Position numbers and translations under genes: made by a program. Below, in pieces: positions 26,343 through 41,650 of a DNA stretch of 64,000 nucleotides. The notes under the pieces are model-generated. The model saw nothing but the letters and a program-made list of their open reading frames with translations, made no database searches and was not told where the DNA came from. Every line of letters starts with the position of its first letter. The first letter of the stretch is position 1. This DNA is from Adineta vaga (taxonomy: Eukaryota; Animalia; Rotifera). The stretch lies in the NCBI GenBank assembly GCA_021613535.1, contig CP075493.1, positions 6,758,001 through 6,822,000 on the forward strand, read 5' to 3'.

Positions 26343-28257
26343 ATGTCGAGTATCAATATCATCTTAATTCTTTTAATCAATTATTTCTTGCCAATAGATT
26401 CCAATAATCAATGTGATTTATTAAGTGCTATTGATTTACAATCAGCCACCTTTAGTCATTCAGTTATCTTACGTGTTCGACCAGTTCATTCATCGGAAGA
26501 AATTCTTCAAAGTTTTATCATAAGAAAAGTTCTCATGCGTGAAATCATTAAAATTCCAATGGAAAATTCTCATTTAATGAAACCTAATGATTCATACTTC
26601 TTCGAATTGATCATGAATTCGATGAAATGTTCGATGATTCTTGTTGGCATTTACTTCGAATGGAAAATGCGGATATAATTCTATTTCTTAATGATACAAA
26701 TACCAATCCATTTACTTTACAATATCCACCGGTGGAATCAACAATACGTGCTCGAGAAAATATACAAGCAGTTATAAATTATGGTAAATAAATTTATCTT
26801 TTGATGAATAAAAGTACTCGATGGATCTGCTTATTGACCCGGAAAAAGAAGGGCATTGTCCTTTACATATCCGTTTTGTATGAAAACGATTGTATGTTTC
26901 TATTGATAACAGAATTCGAGTTAATGTTCAAATAGGCAATTATATACATTCAATTAGTTTCTATTGATGAATGGAAAAACTGTTCGAATGCATTCTCGTT
27001 TTTAGAGTCTTATTCACCACAAGTAATAATAAAAACTCGACTTGATAAACCAATTTTAAATCATAATTATTCATTACAATGTAATGTTCGTGGAAATCCT
27101 ATTCCACGACTACTATGGAGTAAAAACAATCATTCATCCGAATATTATCCATCTGAAAAACAATGTAAAACACCATGTCGAATTTATTCCATACAAACAA
27201 AGTAATGAATAATCTATTTGAAAGTTCTGAATAATCAAACAGATCGTTTTAGATATCAATCGATTTTATATTTTCATTCATTGATTCATACTGATGATGG
27301 AATTTATATTTGTCGTAAGTATTCTTCGATTTCTTTTCTCATATCCGTAATTTGTTATTAGATGCAGAAAATCTTCTCAATCATACGATTGCTAGTATAT
27401 CTCTCATTATTGATGAGAATAAACTGATCAATCGCTCAACAATGAATATAACATGTAACAATTTCAATTTTTGTCATGGTCGAGGACAATGTCTTCTGAT
27501 TGATAATCAACTGAAATGCTTGTAAGCTTTTTTGATTAATTAAAGATTAGATAGAGATTTACCTTGTTTCTTACTTTTTTCTTCGTCTTCTTCTATTTGA
27601 TTAGATGTGACAGTCGATATTTTGGTGAACAATGTGAAACGGATTATGATGAAATGATGGCAAAACAATATGGTAAAAAAAACTTGATTAAAATATATGT
27701 TATCGAAAAGATTTCGTCTCTATTTAGATATATTTCTGTTATTTAAATCACGTTTTCTTACTGGAACAATTCTAATATTAATTACATTTCTTCTTCTTTT
27801 TATTGCATTTGTTTCATGTTTTCTTGCCAAATATAAACAAATGAAACGAAAAGAAATTTTACGTGCAAAATTAAGCCAGAAAAATATTCAACGTATATCC
27901 GAACAACGAACGAAAATGGATCGACAAAAAACTTTATCACTTCCACAAATGCCAGTAGGACATCATCGAACACAATTTAATAAACATTCATTATCGATGA
28001 TAAATGAAAAGAATATGTCCAATGATTATCATAAAGAATATCTTCCATTGAATATTCATCAAATACAAGATCTAAATTCCAAATCACCAGTGAATCGTTT
28101 AATTCTTTCGGAGAGTTACTTAGATTTTTATCAACCAGATGCTGAATCAGGTCTAATACAACCTTTAACACAACGAAAAGATCTACCAAAACGTCATACA
28201 CAATATACTTCATCACAAAATCGATTTCTTCTACCACGACCTATTCATCATCGATGA
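26343..28257 (+). CDS. Neuregulin/vein-like EGFR-family ligand (signal peptide, N-terminal domain, Ig, EGF, TM) with an apparent 1-nt frameshift near 26591
   Basis: Ig: YSLQCNVRGNPIPRLLWSK...DDGIYIC. EGF: CNNFNFCHGRGQCLLIDNQLKCL|CDSRYFGEQC, with an intron between Cys4 and Cys5. TM: FLTGTILILITFLLLFIAFVSCFL. Confidence 0.7.
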
Positions 28258-29590
28258 TGTTTATATTCGATTTTGTTTTTGTTTTCATCTATAAATTTTG
28301 TTAATATATAAAAAAAGAAATAACAATATCTATTGAATTGAAGTTGAAGAAGGAAATCTTTTAATATAGTTATTGAAAAAGACTATTGAATTTTATGAAT
28401 ATGTTCAGTGATCTTTAGTAAACAATATGTTTCTTTGAGAGAGAGAATAGCTTTAAAATAATCACTTTTCTTTTTGTAATTTGAACCGAAAACATCGATG
28501 GGAACAATATGTTGGTACCTAGAATCGATTCAGATAGGATCACTTGTTTTTTGAGAACGTTCTGATCTTTGAAATTAAATATTAATTCCATTTGTTTTCT
28601 GATTAGATCAAAAAGTAAATGCGTCTTTTATCCTAGTAGATTTACATTATTATAGATAGAAAACTATTCTCATGTCTTCAAGCCTCTTCATTTGATTATG
28701 ATAATTGTTTATTATAAGACTTGTCGAGATAATCAAGAGTACTTTTACTCATATAAGATTGACTAATTCAATCTACTGAAATAGTCATTCTCATTTTTTC
28801 GTATATTACTACCAGTAAATATCTCAATAAGATGATAGGTCGTTTTTTGCCTCTTCTTATTCTATTTCATATCCTTTTTAGTTTGGATTCTTTTCTCTAC
28901 AGTGTTAATTATACTGATGAACAGTCAAAATAATTATGATTGAGAAATGTGATGCGATATTATTCTATTTATTAAGTAGTATTTCTAAAAGAAAAAATGT
29001 TCTAATCATCTTTCTTTGCACTGTCTCTGTCTCTGTCTCTCTCTCTCTATGTCGGTTTTTCTATGTTTCTAAATGTCTGCCAGTCAGTCGAAGTAGCTAC
29101 CAATTGTCGTTGTCATCAATGCCGAATAAATGTCGATGGATTCGATTAGAAAAAAAAAAGAAAGAAAAGAATTCTTTGTTATTGTTAATGTCCTTGATCG
29201 AGATGCTGTGGTTTGTTCTTTAGAATAGTATTGTATGTTCTTTGGCTTACTATTATGAACAGATTCTGTCAATGATTGCATTTTGTTCACTATGGTTTGC
29301 ACGCCCGTCTTCACACGCCCGTAAGATGTTCGGAAAAACAACAAACTAGAAAAATCGTTCATGTCTTTTTCTCTTCTCTTTCTTATTCCGGACGTTAGAA
29401 AAACTTGTTCCCTATTGTCGATAGAAGGAAAGGAAAATAAATGTGAACGTTCCTAATCTTTTATGAGATGTGACGTACGCTTATTCTCATTCTTCTCATT
29501 ACCGATTTCTTTTTTTTTTCTTCATTTTTGTTTTCTCGTGTCGGTAAATGTTCAACCGATGATGATGATGATACTAATGCTGCTTAGCTC

Positions 29591-30293
29591 ATGTACATTT
29601 TCATTACACTGACCTATGTTATATCATCACTACATCTCTTACTTGCCCTTATAAGTATTATTATTGGCATCATTTCACAAAGTCGATCAACTGTTTGGAT
29701 TGCACATAGTGTCTCACCAATATGGGCTGGAATATTTGTAAGTTGAATCAATTCTTTATTCGAAAGAAGCAAAAAGTAAACAAGATTTTTTAATTTAGTT
29801 TGCTTTTTGTGGTGGAATTGGAATAGTATGTGCACGTCAAAAAGGTCTCTATGTGGTAAATAGGTTTTTTTTTCATCGACAAACAAATATCTATTGTTCA
29901 CTTAATCATCTTTCAATTTAGATATTATGCTATATTGCATTAAGCATTGTAACACTCATTGTGGATTTTGTTAATATTCAACTGTTACGTTTAGGACTCG
30001 TTAATATTACGACCGATGGAGAAGCTTATTTAAAAGAACGAAAAGATATACTTGTACTTGTTGCTATACTCATATCATCCATTGAATGTTTAGTATGTTT
30101 ATTGAGTTTATTCTTGGCTATTCGATTATCATATGATGCAGCTAATAAAAAGTTTCGTAAAAAAGAAGGTGCATTTTTTGTACAAGTACTTTCAGAAAAA
30201 GAAATTGTCGTCGTATCAAAAGCACCATCATCACGTCATTCGGGTTCTGGTCCTCAATCTGTTCAATCATTCGAACAACCATCAGCATGCTAA
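29591..30293 (+). CDS. TMEM196: TMEM196-like four-TM protein (3 exons)
   Basis: MYIFITLTYVISSLHLLLALISIIIGII...SPIWAGIF|FAFCGGIGIVCARQKGLYV|ILCYIALSIV...NIQLLR...AIRLSYD resembles TMEM196/MS4A-like topology. Confidence 0.6.
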
Positions 30294-31578
30294 CTTTCTT
30301 TTTTCTTCTCCTTTTTCTTTCTTTCTTTTTTTGTATTTACCTGAAATATGAAAAAAAATCTAGAAAAATTGTTGACTAACAAATACTTCTCATGTTGAAA
30401 TAGAAAGAAGAAAAAAAAGATTGAAACCATTTTTCTAGTTTAAGATATTGACATGCCTCTATTCAAATGAGATCGAAAAGAAAACATTTGATCGAGGTTA
30501 TTTACGAACGTCAGATATTGACAGACATGTATGAATAAAGTTCATAGAGACGAATGTCACGTATTAAAAGGTGCAGTAAATATTTATAATGATTGTTTCG
30601 TGTTACACAATGTCCTTTTAAATAGAGAACATGATCTATGGATGTCAAATAAGTCACTCTATCCTCTATATCAGAACATATTAGATATATAAAAGTATGT
30701 GAAAAGATTTAAGTAAATTTTAATTTTAACGAAAATCATAAAATATAATTTATGTTTTATAATCATGAAAGATAGAGAAAGGCATGACTTTACCTTGTTT
30801 TTCGATGACTTTAAAAAGACATGACTTGATACAATAGTAAATAAAAAATAAGGTGACTTTCTTTTCTCTCCTAATGCAAATAAAAAACATCAAAATAACA
30901 GCTACTCTGATATATAATTTAAATTTGATCATGAAAATGATAGAGAATCATTAATTATTGTTATTTGAAAGAATCAAGTGATGCCAATCAAAGAAAAAGA
31001 GAGATAAAATTTAAAATGTTTAATCGATAAATGATAGAACATGAAAATAGATGACCATAAATGTACATTTAAAAGAAGCAACAACAAACGAAAACAACTA
31101 CACCTCCAGCGTGTACAGATAGAAGTGAAATCTGTGACAAGAAATGTTTGGTTTTCTTAATATACGGCACTGCCGAAAGGTGCTAATACAAAAGAAGAAA
31201 AGAAGTGAAAAGAGGAAATGAAAGGTATTGAGAATGAAAATTATCCATCAGCACGATGAATTTTATGTGGTAAGTAAGCAACTATATCTCAAAGTATAGA
31301 AGAAATTACAGCAGCGCAGCAGCAATCGTCAGAAATGAAAAGAAAGGGAAGGAAAAAAAGGTCACCGGATGTAATATTCGTTGTTGTCAATTGTTTGTAA
31401 AATGGTTTTTTTCGGCCACCGGACAAAGCAATAACGCTGATAACAACAAAAGCTACTTTGACAAAAAAAGAAAGAAAGAAAGAGAAGCTTCTTTTGAATG
31501 TACCAGACACTCTGAGAAAGAGAGATACAGATGAGAAAATATACATCCAACTATTTTGTTTCTAAAAAAATCAATTGA

Positions 31579-34419
31579 TCACTGTTCTGTATCTGTTGAA
31601 TTATTCGAAGATTGTATAACGTTTAAAACATTTTCTTGATGATCAATTGATGATTCATGAACTAGATAAAAACAACAGACATGTTATATATAATATGTAC
31701 GATGAAATTCGTTTTCTTACCATCATCATTGATAGCACTTTCAGTCATTCGACGACAAAATGATTCCATTTCTGTATGACTATGTCGTTGTTCATCACTA
31801 GTTTCTAATTCATTTGATTCACTTGTGTTAGAAATCGATATTGTACTATTAGGGTTTCCTGTAAAAAGAAAACAAAAATATAAATTTATGACCTTGTCTC
31901 ATTTATTTCTATCGTTAAATAAACACGTTGATTGTCACGTGATCATTCACTTACCATAATAATCAGATTGTTCATCATCAGGATAACATTCTTGAAGTGG
32001 TGATGCTGAAGTGTCATTGATTGATGATGGTGGTGATCGAGAAATGAATTGTCGTTGTTGTTGTTGAGAATATGGTGTTGAAATCATTTGAAACAGACCT
32101 GTCGGTGGCGTTTGTTGAGGTCGTATTGATGATGATGATTGTATATGTGATAATTGGGATGGATTATAAAAACGAATACGATTTGGATCACTAAATGTTT
32201 TACATAATTTGGTTCGACTATGCGTATTTGTTTCACCATGTGGATCAATACTTGCTTTGCGAGATAATGCTTGATGTTGATTATTAGCTAAATATGCTCC
32301 ATTATTACGTTGTGGTGTTGATGTTAAACCAGAAAATGATGTTTGAAAATTAGTACTATCATTGGATTCTTCTTCTGTTGGATGCATATATGTTGGTGAT
32401 TTATTTGGACGACGACTAAAATTTAATTCCATTAAACTATTATTCTGTGGTTCAGAATTATATTTCGCCAACGATACTGAAGGCGATGAATAATTTTGAT
32501 GATAGAGTACTGATGTACTTTTCATTGGTCGAATCGGTGGTTTACCTTCTCGACGTTGTTGAGTATAACTGTGTACAGATTGAATTTTTTTAAATTCAAT
32601 TTTACCAGTCGATTGAAGCATCGACGATAAACGTCCACGCCATTGTAAAAGAAGATATCGTTGATTATCAATAAATGCTTCATGTCGATAACATCGATCA
32701 AACAAACCAAGAAGATTATTACTGATATCTGATGATGTACTTGGTGTTATTTGTTGATTAACTAAAACGAAAGATAAAGCTAGTTTACAAAAAAAGAAAG
32801 GTACAAGTGATAAAATTGTTACTTTTTTCTAAAATTTGTATGATTAATTGTGGTATATCTTCTTCACTATTACTTTCTATTTCAAGTTGTCTAGAACGTA
32901 TTGGTGTCGAAAGAATTTCAGATAATTGTCCAATAACATTCGATAAATCAATTGATCCATTATCAATATCAACCATACATTGTCTCAATAGAATCGAACG
33001 TTCTTTCAATTTTTTAATATGTAATAAAATTTTTGCACATGCACCATCTGTAATGCCTAATTCTTTTAATTCTTCTATAGTTAAATTCATCATTTGATCG
33101 TATGTCATTTGAGAAAAGAAAACATTATATTTATGTAATCGAAGAGTTTTCAGCCATTTAGGTACATCTAAATAAACAATTCGATGAGAACATAGATAAC
33201 TTTATCTTTAGTATTTATTTACCTTTCATGCCAGTATTTGGTTGTGAAAATGTATTTCGTGCTGGAGTTGCGAGTGCATCAACACATAAATATTGTGAAA
33301 CATCTTGACTACTTTGATTATTTTTTACATTTCGATGACGAAATGAAAAGAATTGTCCTAATGGTCTTGAACTATCCATAGGATTTGTATTGTTTTCTTT
33401 TGTTGATTCATTAAGTTGTTGTTGAGATTCTTGTTCATCTTCATCACTTTTAGCTAATGTTGATCGATGTTTTAATTGTTGATAATTTGTATTCTTTTGT
33501 CGAGCATCTGAATATAATGTTGTGGATGGTGCACTTAAAACACCTTTCAATGGCATACGAACTGGAATATTAAGTGTTCCATGTTCTGGTATCGGTGAAG
33601 ATGCTGTTTTCCCAACAAATGTATGTTTATTACTTGTGCGATCAAGAATTGAACGAGATGATAAGAAACTGTGAAGTGGCTGTGGTAATGAAGATTCTCT
33701 TAAATCAACTCCACTATCATTTGTATCTAGACGTGTTAGTTGTTGACTTAAATTTGCATGTACATCTTCTAATATATTTACTTTTGATAATTGATGGGAT
33801 GATCGAACAGATGAAAAACGTTGTAATGCAGGTTGAAAAGATTGTTCATCATTTGAAAATTGTTTGGTTTGAACTAATTGTGTTAATTTTGGAAGATGAA
33901 CTGTTAAACGAGCTAAAATAGGATTTGTTTGAATAAAAAATAAAATTTGTTGACATGATAGAATGATTTGTTGTTCGGTATAAGTGAATTTGGTTGAACT
34001 AGCAAGATTAGAATCTAGTACAATGAGAACATCGCGATATGCATCAAGTAATTTCTCATTGATAGTTGTTATTGATATTGATGGTAAATAAAGTTGAAGC
34101 GTAAATAAGATTTTATCTAATGTATTTGATAATAAACAACTAACGATGTCTAGAAAAAGAAAATTAATCGAGTATTTCAATCTTTCATCGACGTACCTGG
34201 AGCATTTGCATCATCGACAATATGTTTAAACATATCATTGTTCTCATTCAAGATTTGAGATCGAAATAATTGTGCAAGAAAATGACGATATGATAATTGA
34301 AACGTACGTGTTAGTTCAACAATTGCACATAATTGATCGAAAACTGGCCATTCTTTGAATTGTTGTTGAACACGAGTAAATTCTTCAGGAAATTTTTCTG
34401 ATGATGTTAACATGCTCAT
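31579..34419 (-). CDS. SAMD4: Smaug/SAMD4 family RNA-binding protein (multi-exon)
   Basis: FKEWPVFDQLCAIVEL...DDANAPG (Smaug N-terminus); SAM DVPKWLKTLRLHKY...MTYDQMMNLT...KIL...KKLKER; MESFCRRMTESAI C-terminal motif. Confidence 0.85.
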
Positions 34420-36842
34420 GTCTACAGTTCTTCCTTCTTTTTAATTCTTTCCTTTGTTGAATTTGATTGAAACCACGTAGAAATGACGAGATTTATGTAT
34501 GGAATAAAATGGTCACAGTGTACCTTAGAATATTAAATTTTCTTTCAACAATATCGTCATCTAAAAATGAGAATAGTAATGAAAAAAAAGAAAAAGTAAT
34601 TGTGTAAGAAGAAAAAAACCTGATAAAGAAAAATGAAGCTGGTAATGACAATAGAAAATTAGAGACGATATATCACGCATTGATAAATAAATGACAATCT
34701 CGTGTCGGATAAAATATTCATCCGGCAATGTTTACGCCCACATTGAGTAATAGAAACTCTGAGAAAATATGATTACATGCCACTTGAATTTCTTTTTACC
34801 TGAAATGTTTTCCTCAAGATCAACTTTCTTTCTCCTACTAACAGTTGCAAATGAAATCGTTCTCTGCTCAATAAATTACATACAATGTCGATAGAAGAGA
34901 AAAAAAATACAAACGAATTGTACATTGCTAAAAGAAATGACTTTTTCTTCTGAATGATAGAATGTCGTGCATATTTTTTCTTCGCTTTTCTTTTACTTAA
35001 TAAACACTGCGTATACAAGTGGTTATATTATATATATCATGGCGAATGACGTTTAACATTCATGATTATTTTGCCAATTTCTGTTCTGTCGTTTTTATAA
35101 ACGGTGTACGCCATTCTATCACCTTCTTCTTCTTCTTTCTTTCGTTCTACGCGACAAAAAAAAGTAGTCAAAATACATAAAACGAATGTTATTTTACTTT
35201 CATACGACAAACGAACATGTAAAAAAATTTCTACATACCTATACTTTCCTAATTGTTTCGTCAATATGATAACATAAAAATTAAAGCTACCAGAATCGAT
35301 CTCTTCCTTTCTATATTGATGAATATGAGTATGAATGAAAAAAAAATATTGATATAGTCAAAAAAAAGGGAAGAGACAGACATGACTTCTGTTGATTTAA
35401 CCCAGGTAAATATATAGAGAGAAAAAACTATAGTACGTAGAAAAAGGACAGAATCATGACGAAAACAATAATTGCACTAAGCTAATAGAGTTCGAGGGAC
35501 GGAGAATATATATTCAAAAATTCACAGATAGTCAACAGAAAAACACATTATCATTATCAATAATAAAGGAAAAAGAATACTTTGATCAAGCTATCTTTTC
35601 ATCAATAATAAATTGACATCTGAACTATGACAAATACAGAATATTCTCTTTTTTTTTAAATTTTTAACAAAACTTTCACTCAATGTCAAGCAGATTTCAA
35701 TCCTCACGTTTATGCATGTGTATAACTGCAATATATATACATACTGGATTTCTAAAAGACTATCGACGATTGGATAAGATTATTACTTTTGTCAAAGATA
35801 TTTTTCATTTATTACAAAAAAAAACTTCAATTCATTTTTGTTTCTTTGCCTACGAGAAAGAAATACTAAATAATTCAAAAGAAAATAACTCTTTCTTCGT
35901 TCACAGATGTCGCTAATTATCTGCAACCTGGTATTCTGTCTAAAATATCATATAGTTAGATGCATTATTTCAACTTGAAAATAATGGAGAGAAGAAAATT
36001 CTCCGACATACCAAATATTCTCATGAATATATAAGCAGATGTTTTTACTTACTAGAAAGTATAGGAAACGCCTCGGTTCAGTTTAGTCTCTATGTATATG
36101 TATATATATAAGGTAGATAAAAGATTATCTTATATTGGGTGAAGGAAGTGAACATTGGCTACCATATGTCATAAATTTTATGTTAGATAAATTGTCTGGA
36201 TGAATAATTTGATCAATATAGTGGGTGAAGATACTCAAAATATAAGACGAGATTGTGCGCAGTTCTTTTTCTCAACATGGATGAACGCAATCGGAAATGA
36301 ATGTTTTGTAGTATCAATTTTGTTTTCTAAAATTGAAAATTGTTAAATCATCATTCCTTAACAAGTACAAAGAAAGGTAATAAACTACTTTAAACGAGAT
36401 TCCACATAAGCGTGTTTTTGACAATTTATCATGCGTTAATATGGGAACATTTCATTTAATCCATTATTAACATGTCATATGTCATGTCTTCTTACTTTGG
36501 TCACATTATATTTATTAATATGTAGGTTGTCTGATATATGAAAAGTAGAAGAAAATAATCATCAACTCATTGCTAACTACCTATTTATTTAATCATTTCC
36601 TTTTTAACGTTCTCTATGCCTGACATTTACCAGTTGCTTATAAATATTGAAATAAATGAAATGTTTTTTTAACCGTAAGAGTAAGCATCGGTGAAAAAAA
36701 AAGAATGAGAACAAGATTAATTTTTACTTTAGCTTTTCAAATTCTATTTTTTCAATACATCAAATGATATAAACGGGAGGAAACAATGAAAAAACACTCT
36801 ATCTGACATTCGACAATCGGATGAAAACAGGAAATTAGACAA

Positions 36843-39800
36843 TCATTGATAATATTTTTCTCTTGAATTCACTTGAAAAGAGTTTTCATTTGCACCAGGC
36901 AGATTTCCGGCCGTGACAATATTAGGAATTGTATTCTGATGATGATGTTCCTGTTTTTTCTCATCAGTTACCACCGACAATGACGAACCTATAAACGACG
37001 GAAAAAAAAGAAAATCCTGTCAACGAATACAAAACAGACAAATTATTAATATAACACGCACCACAGTAACTAAGTAATATCGGAAGAAAAATCAAACCAT
37101 GTACTGCACCAATAATCACCAGAGAGAAGTACATACGAAAGTAGAAGACTTGAAAAAGTTGTGATTTAGCAAAGGCAAGTACTACAACACCACCAACCTT
37201 TGTCAATGTTATTCCACTAAAAACCTATAAATAAATAAAGAAAGAAAAGAGATCAATCAACAATAAATCATGCACTTACTGAACTACCCATTTCTGCTAA
37301 AGCTTTTTGAGCACGTTCTAGTCGATTTTTACCCGGTGTTACGGCAAAATACCGAGCAATATGTGCACAAAACTCAACAGCTATACCAACTGACTAAAAA
37401 ATAAAAATGCTATTATTTGTTGTTAGATATAGAAAAAGAGTTCTACCATGACAATATTGACAACAGAGATAGCATTCAATTCAATGTGCCATAAGTACAT
37501 TACACCAAACATATCAATAATAATCATGAAAACACAGAGAATAATAAGAAATGCTGTGTGAATATCGAAACCAAGTAAGATACATGTGACGAGAAAAACA
37601 GCAGCAAAAGACGATGATAAATTAACGATTAAATTACGCCAAATTGTTAAGTATTGATCATAAAATACGTAGAAGATACTAAAATAGTACAGAACGTATT
37701 TTAATGCAAAAAATTGATGAATGATCGCACAGTTATCGTTCTTATCATTCGAAAGATAAAATCTCCTATTCTCTCAACAATGAACTAAATAATCTAAATC
37801 AACTACGAGATATCTCTCTATGATATTTCTATCTTTCTGAATATTTACCTGTAGGCAAAAACTGGATAGTCTTGAAGTTCATCTGAATCTGTATAAGTTT
37901 TACTTTGATTATTTAGTATTGTTTTAGAAATATTCTTAGCAATTTCATTTGCACTTTTCATTGCACCAATAAAATCCGATGATGTTTTCAATATCGAATG
38001 AAATCCCATGAAATATGAACTTTTAACAATCGAATTATTCATCAATTGTACTGCATCCTTATAGGCAGCATGACCACCTTTCGGACATTTTTCTCCTGGA
38101 TTATCATGTAGGAAAAAGTTAATATAACGAGAAAAATCATCTGGTGATGGACGTTGATTATCTAAAAATGTAATTGGACAATTTATACATGATGTATCAT
38201 TCAATGTTGCTGGACAAAATTGGTTCGTTTGATTATGAATTCGACAACATGGTGGATTATTTGTCGATTGTAACCAGTCAAAATAATCATCAAGCCATGA
38301 GGATGGTGGTTGAGCAAGATGATAACGTTGAGGTTGTCGTAATGCTTGTCCAATTTGTCCAAGTAATGATATTGATGAACAACCTGATGTACCACAAAGT
38401 AAATCTTGATCAGAGATACGTTTATAATCCAAAGCATTTTCGTTAACAACGAAATAAACCGGTGGACCAACGCTTAAATAATTCTCTAAACCATAGAAAT
38501 AATCGAGAACATAAGAATCTTTTGGCATCGATAATTTCTGATCAAGACCAATAGGAATTCGATGAATGACTGCAGCTGATAAACAGGTTACAATGATAAA
38601 TATTGAAAAGATAATTGCACGTACAATTGAATTACCAAGAATGATTGGTGTGAATAATTTAGTAAATATTTTTTGTAACAATCTTTTTGATTCATGTTCA
38701 TTTGATTTATCTGTCACATTCATTTGAACACAACAACATAAATCTGGACGATTTGAATCTTGTCGTTGAGCATCAATTGCTAATACAGATACAAAACACG
38801 TTATTTGTAAGAGAAAATCAATAAATACAGCCATAAATGCATATAATGAAAAGATTTGTACAGCTGGCATCGGTGTTAATGCTCCAAGTAAGAAAGCAAT
38901 GGATTCACTTGTTGCTGTTAATAATATTGATGGTCCAACACGACTAATCGTTGTTGCTAAACGTATTTCTGTTGATGGATATTCTTCTTTATCTTCTTCT
39001 TTGGCTCTTTCAAAATGTTGTACAATAATAAATATATTATCTACACCAACGGCTAATACAAGAAATGGTATCACTTCAAATATAATCAGAGTACCAGCAA
39101 TACCGCAGTAGGAGTAGAATCCAACTGAACTCATAACTGATAATAAAACAAAGAGAACACCAACAAATCCAACAGTAAATTTTAAATCAATTAAACATGT
39201 TCGCCATGAACGAATATGACCAAGAGTTAATGTTACATAGAGAAACATAATTGTATAGGAAATAATAATAGTGAAAATATCGGAACGACTTTGACGATTC
39301 AATTCATCTTGAATAGAACGTTCAGAACTGTAATAAACAGTAAAATTAGCAGCTTCATTGGAACGACCAGATTTGCGTAATGTTGTTTGCGTTTCGGTAA
39401 AATTTTTCATATAATCAAGAAAAACTGCTTCCCATGTTTCAGCTACCAAAAAAAAACGAACAAATCATTTCAAAATCAAAAGAAATTTTTAATAATATAC
39501 CATTTCGAATTTTTTCCGGATCATTCGAATTTTCAATAACAATTGTAATGACCAGTGCGGTCGCATTTGCATAGGTTCCATTGGAGTAATTACCAAGTAC
39601 CATAAATGGATTAATTGTTCCACCAAAATCAGCAAAACATGATAAACCTAGAGGATCATCACGTGTAGTTGTTGGTGCTTGAGAACAAGTTAAAAAATGT
39701 GTTGTATAATCAAAATACGTAAAGAAATCATCACCAATATGTTTGTATAGATTCTCTTTCGAATTTTGATAGTATTGTAAAAGTGAAAAAACTGTACAGT

Positions 39801-41650
39801 TTTCATTATCAGGTGCTAATGGTTGTAAACAAATATCAGACAAACGAATTGTTTGATTTGTCAGACTTGATGTTGCTTGAAGTGAAAGAATTTCCGTTTG
39901 AAGATCGAGTACATCAGATAGAAATTCAATTTCAAACGCCGGACCTAATGTATATTCACTCAACGGTGCTGGTGGTGATAGATACGTATGTGTAACAAAA
40001 GACTGATCAGTTGGAACGATAATCAATTGCGTTGTTCGATAGAATGGTCTATTAATCAAATGACGATTTATCAAAAAAAACAACAATCTCTGAATTAAAT
40101 TAAAAAACATACCTAAAGTGTTGATCAAAATAATCTTTTTGTTGTCTAGCAATACTTGTTTTTGCTGACCATAGCTGTACGGGATCAGTAGTAACTTTAA
40201 ATTTAATTAATCCACATGAAAGACCGATGATGATGATTAAACCAACGAATAAAACAAAGTAAGGACGTCGAGCACAGAATAAACCCAAACTAGAAATGAA
40301 GTTTAATTGGTAAAGAATGAAAATCACCTAGATTATTTACCGGAAGAATATCTGTTCGAGAAATCTTTCCGTACGTTGTCGAATAGTCCAAAATACACCC
40401 GAAGATTTTTCTTGAACTGATGGTAATATCAAAATATTTGTATCTAGAAAACAAATATAAATTAACAGCGAACGAAATTCTCATATTTTTACCTGTTGAT
40501 CGATACAGATCATGACGACGTTTCTTCAATGCTGATACAATCAATGTTGAAGTAAAAAATACTGATAAGAAAAGGGCAATGGTAATCAAAGCAATTACAA
40601 TCCATCCATCCATATTTCCAATTTCAAATTTCTTATCAGGAACATCAGGTGGCAATGGATTACAAGATTTCTCACAATCCTATTAAGTATCTTAGAAATT
40701 TAATTTACTTTCATTAAAGAAATATTCAACATACTAAACAACTACAAGCTGTTTTATTTTCATATCGAGAGATAATCGGTTCACTGCATAAGAATGTCGA
40801 TTGATTATAGTATCGTTCTTGTGCACTTGTATCATTAGAAAAGTCAATGTAAATTGGAAAAGGTACTGCCGGATTATCAACACCCAAATATCTCATCAAT
40901 GATTCTTTCGTACATTGATCATATGGTCGACCACACATTGTATCTAGTGAATGTTGATTACCACCCGGATATAGAACATCACTAAATATACAAAATAAAT
41001 CTTCTTTATCTTTCATTTTCGAAAAAGAAAAAGGAAACTAACGTACCGACACGATGTAAGTATACGTTCAGCAAAATCATCCGCAATCGTATAATGAATT
41101 TCTTCGACAGTTTCACGATCGGGATAAAGTGTACTATTTCCTTTTTTAGTAACATTCAGAAAACGACTTTGATCAGGACTACATATCATTGCACAAAATA
41201 ACGAACGAAAATTGTAATAACATGATGGACAACGTCCAAGCATTAACTTTGCCATACCAAATTGACTTATAGTCGTTGCAATTTGATCGGAACCACAACA
41301 AGTATATGTATTGTTTGTGCCTGAAATATAGATTTCAATGTATAATAGTAGAATATCTTGTCCTTACCATTATATATCATTCCGCAAGCAGATTCTAACT
41401 GTGCTAAGGCTGTTTCATCTGTCAATAATTTTGCAGAACCATTGTAATAACAATTCGTAATTTTACCCAATGGATTAACACCACATTGGTCATACCAAAT
41501 ACAATGTCCTTCCTTTCAACAAGGAAAAAGAATGAAAGAATAACTATTGTAGAAATACAGTTCTATTCATCTACTTACTTCTCCATTTGAAAATTTCAAT
41601 AGAAAACAGACGATTATTATCAAAAACTTCATTACTATGTTTGTTTCCAT
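36843..41650 (-). CDS. NPC1: Niemann-Pick C1 sterol transporter (multi-exon)
   Basis: CIWYDQCG; RCPSCYYNF; TTDPVQLWS; [10 protein letters not shown]; SSD with [20 protein letters not shown]; [13 protein letters not shown]; SWLDDYFDW; CPKGGHAAY; [14 protein letters not shown]. Confidence 0.97.

Noticed and set aside
31160-31185. Small GC-rich hairpin in the Smaug 3' region as an autoregulatory SRE
   Set aside because: The loop does not match the CNGG consensus on the mRNA strand.
34500-36800. Short ORFs between Smaug and NPC1
   Set aside because: AT-rich, F/K/I-biased spurious frames without splice or homology support.
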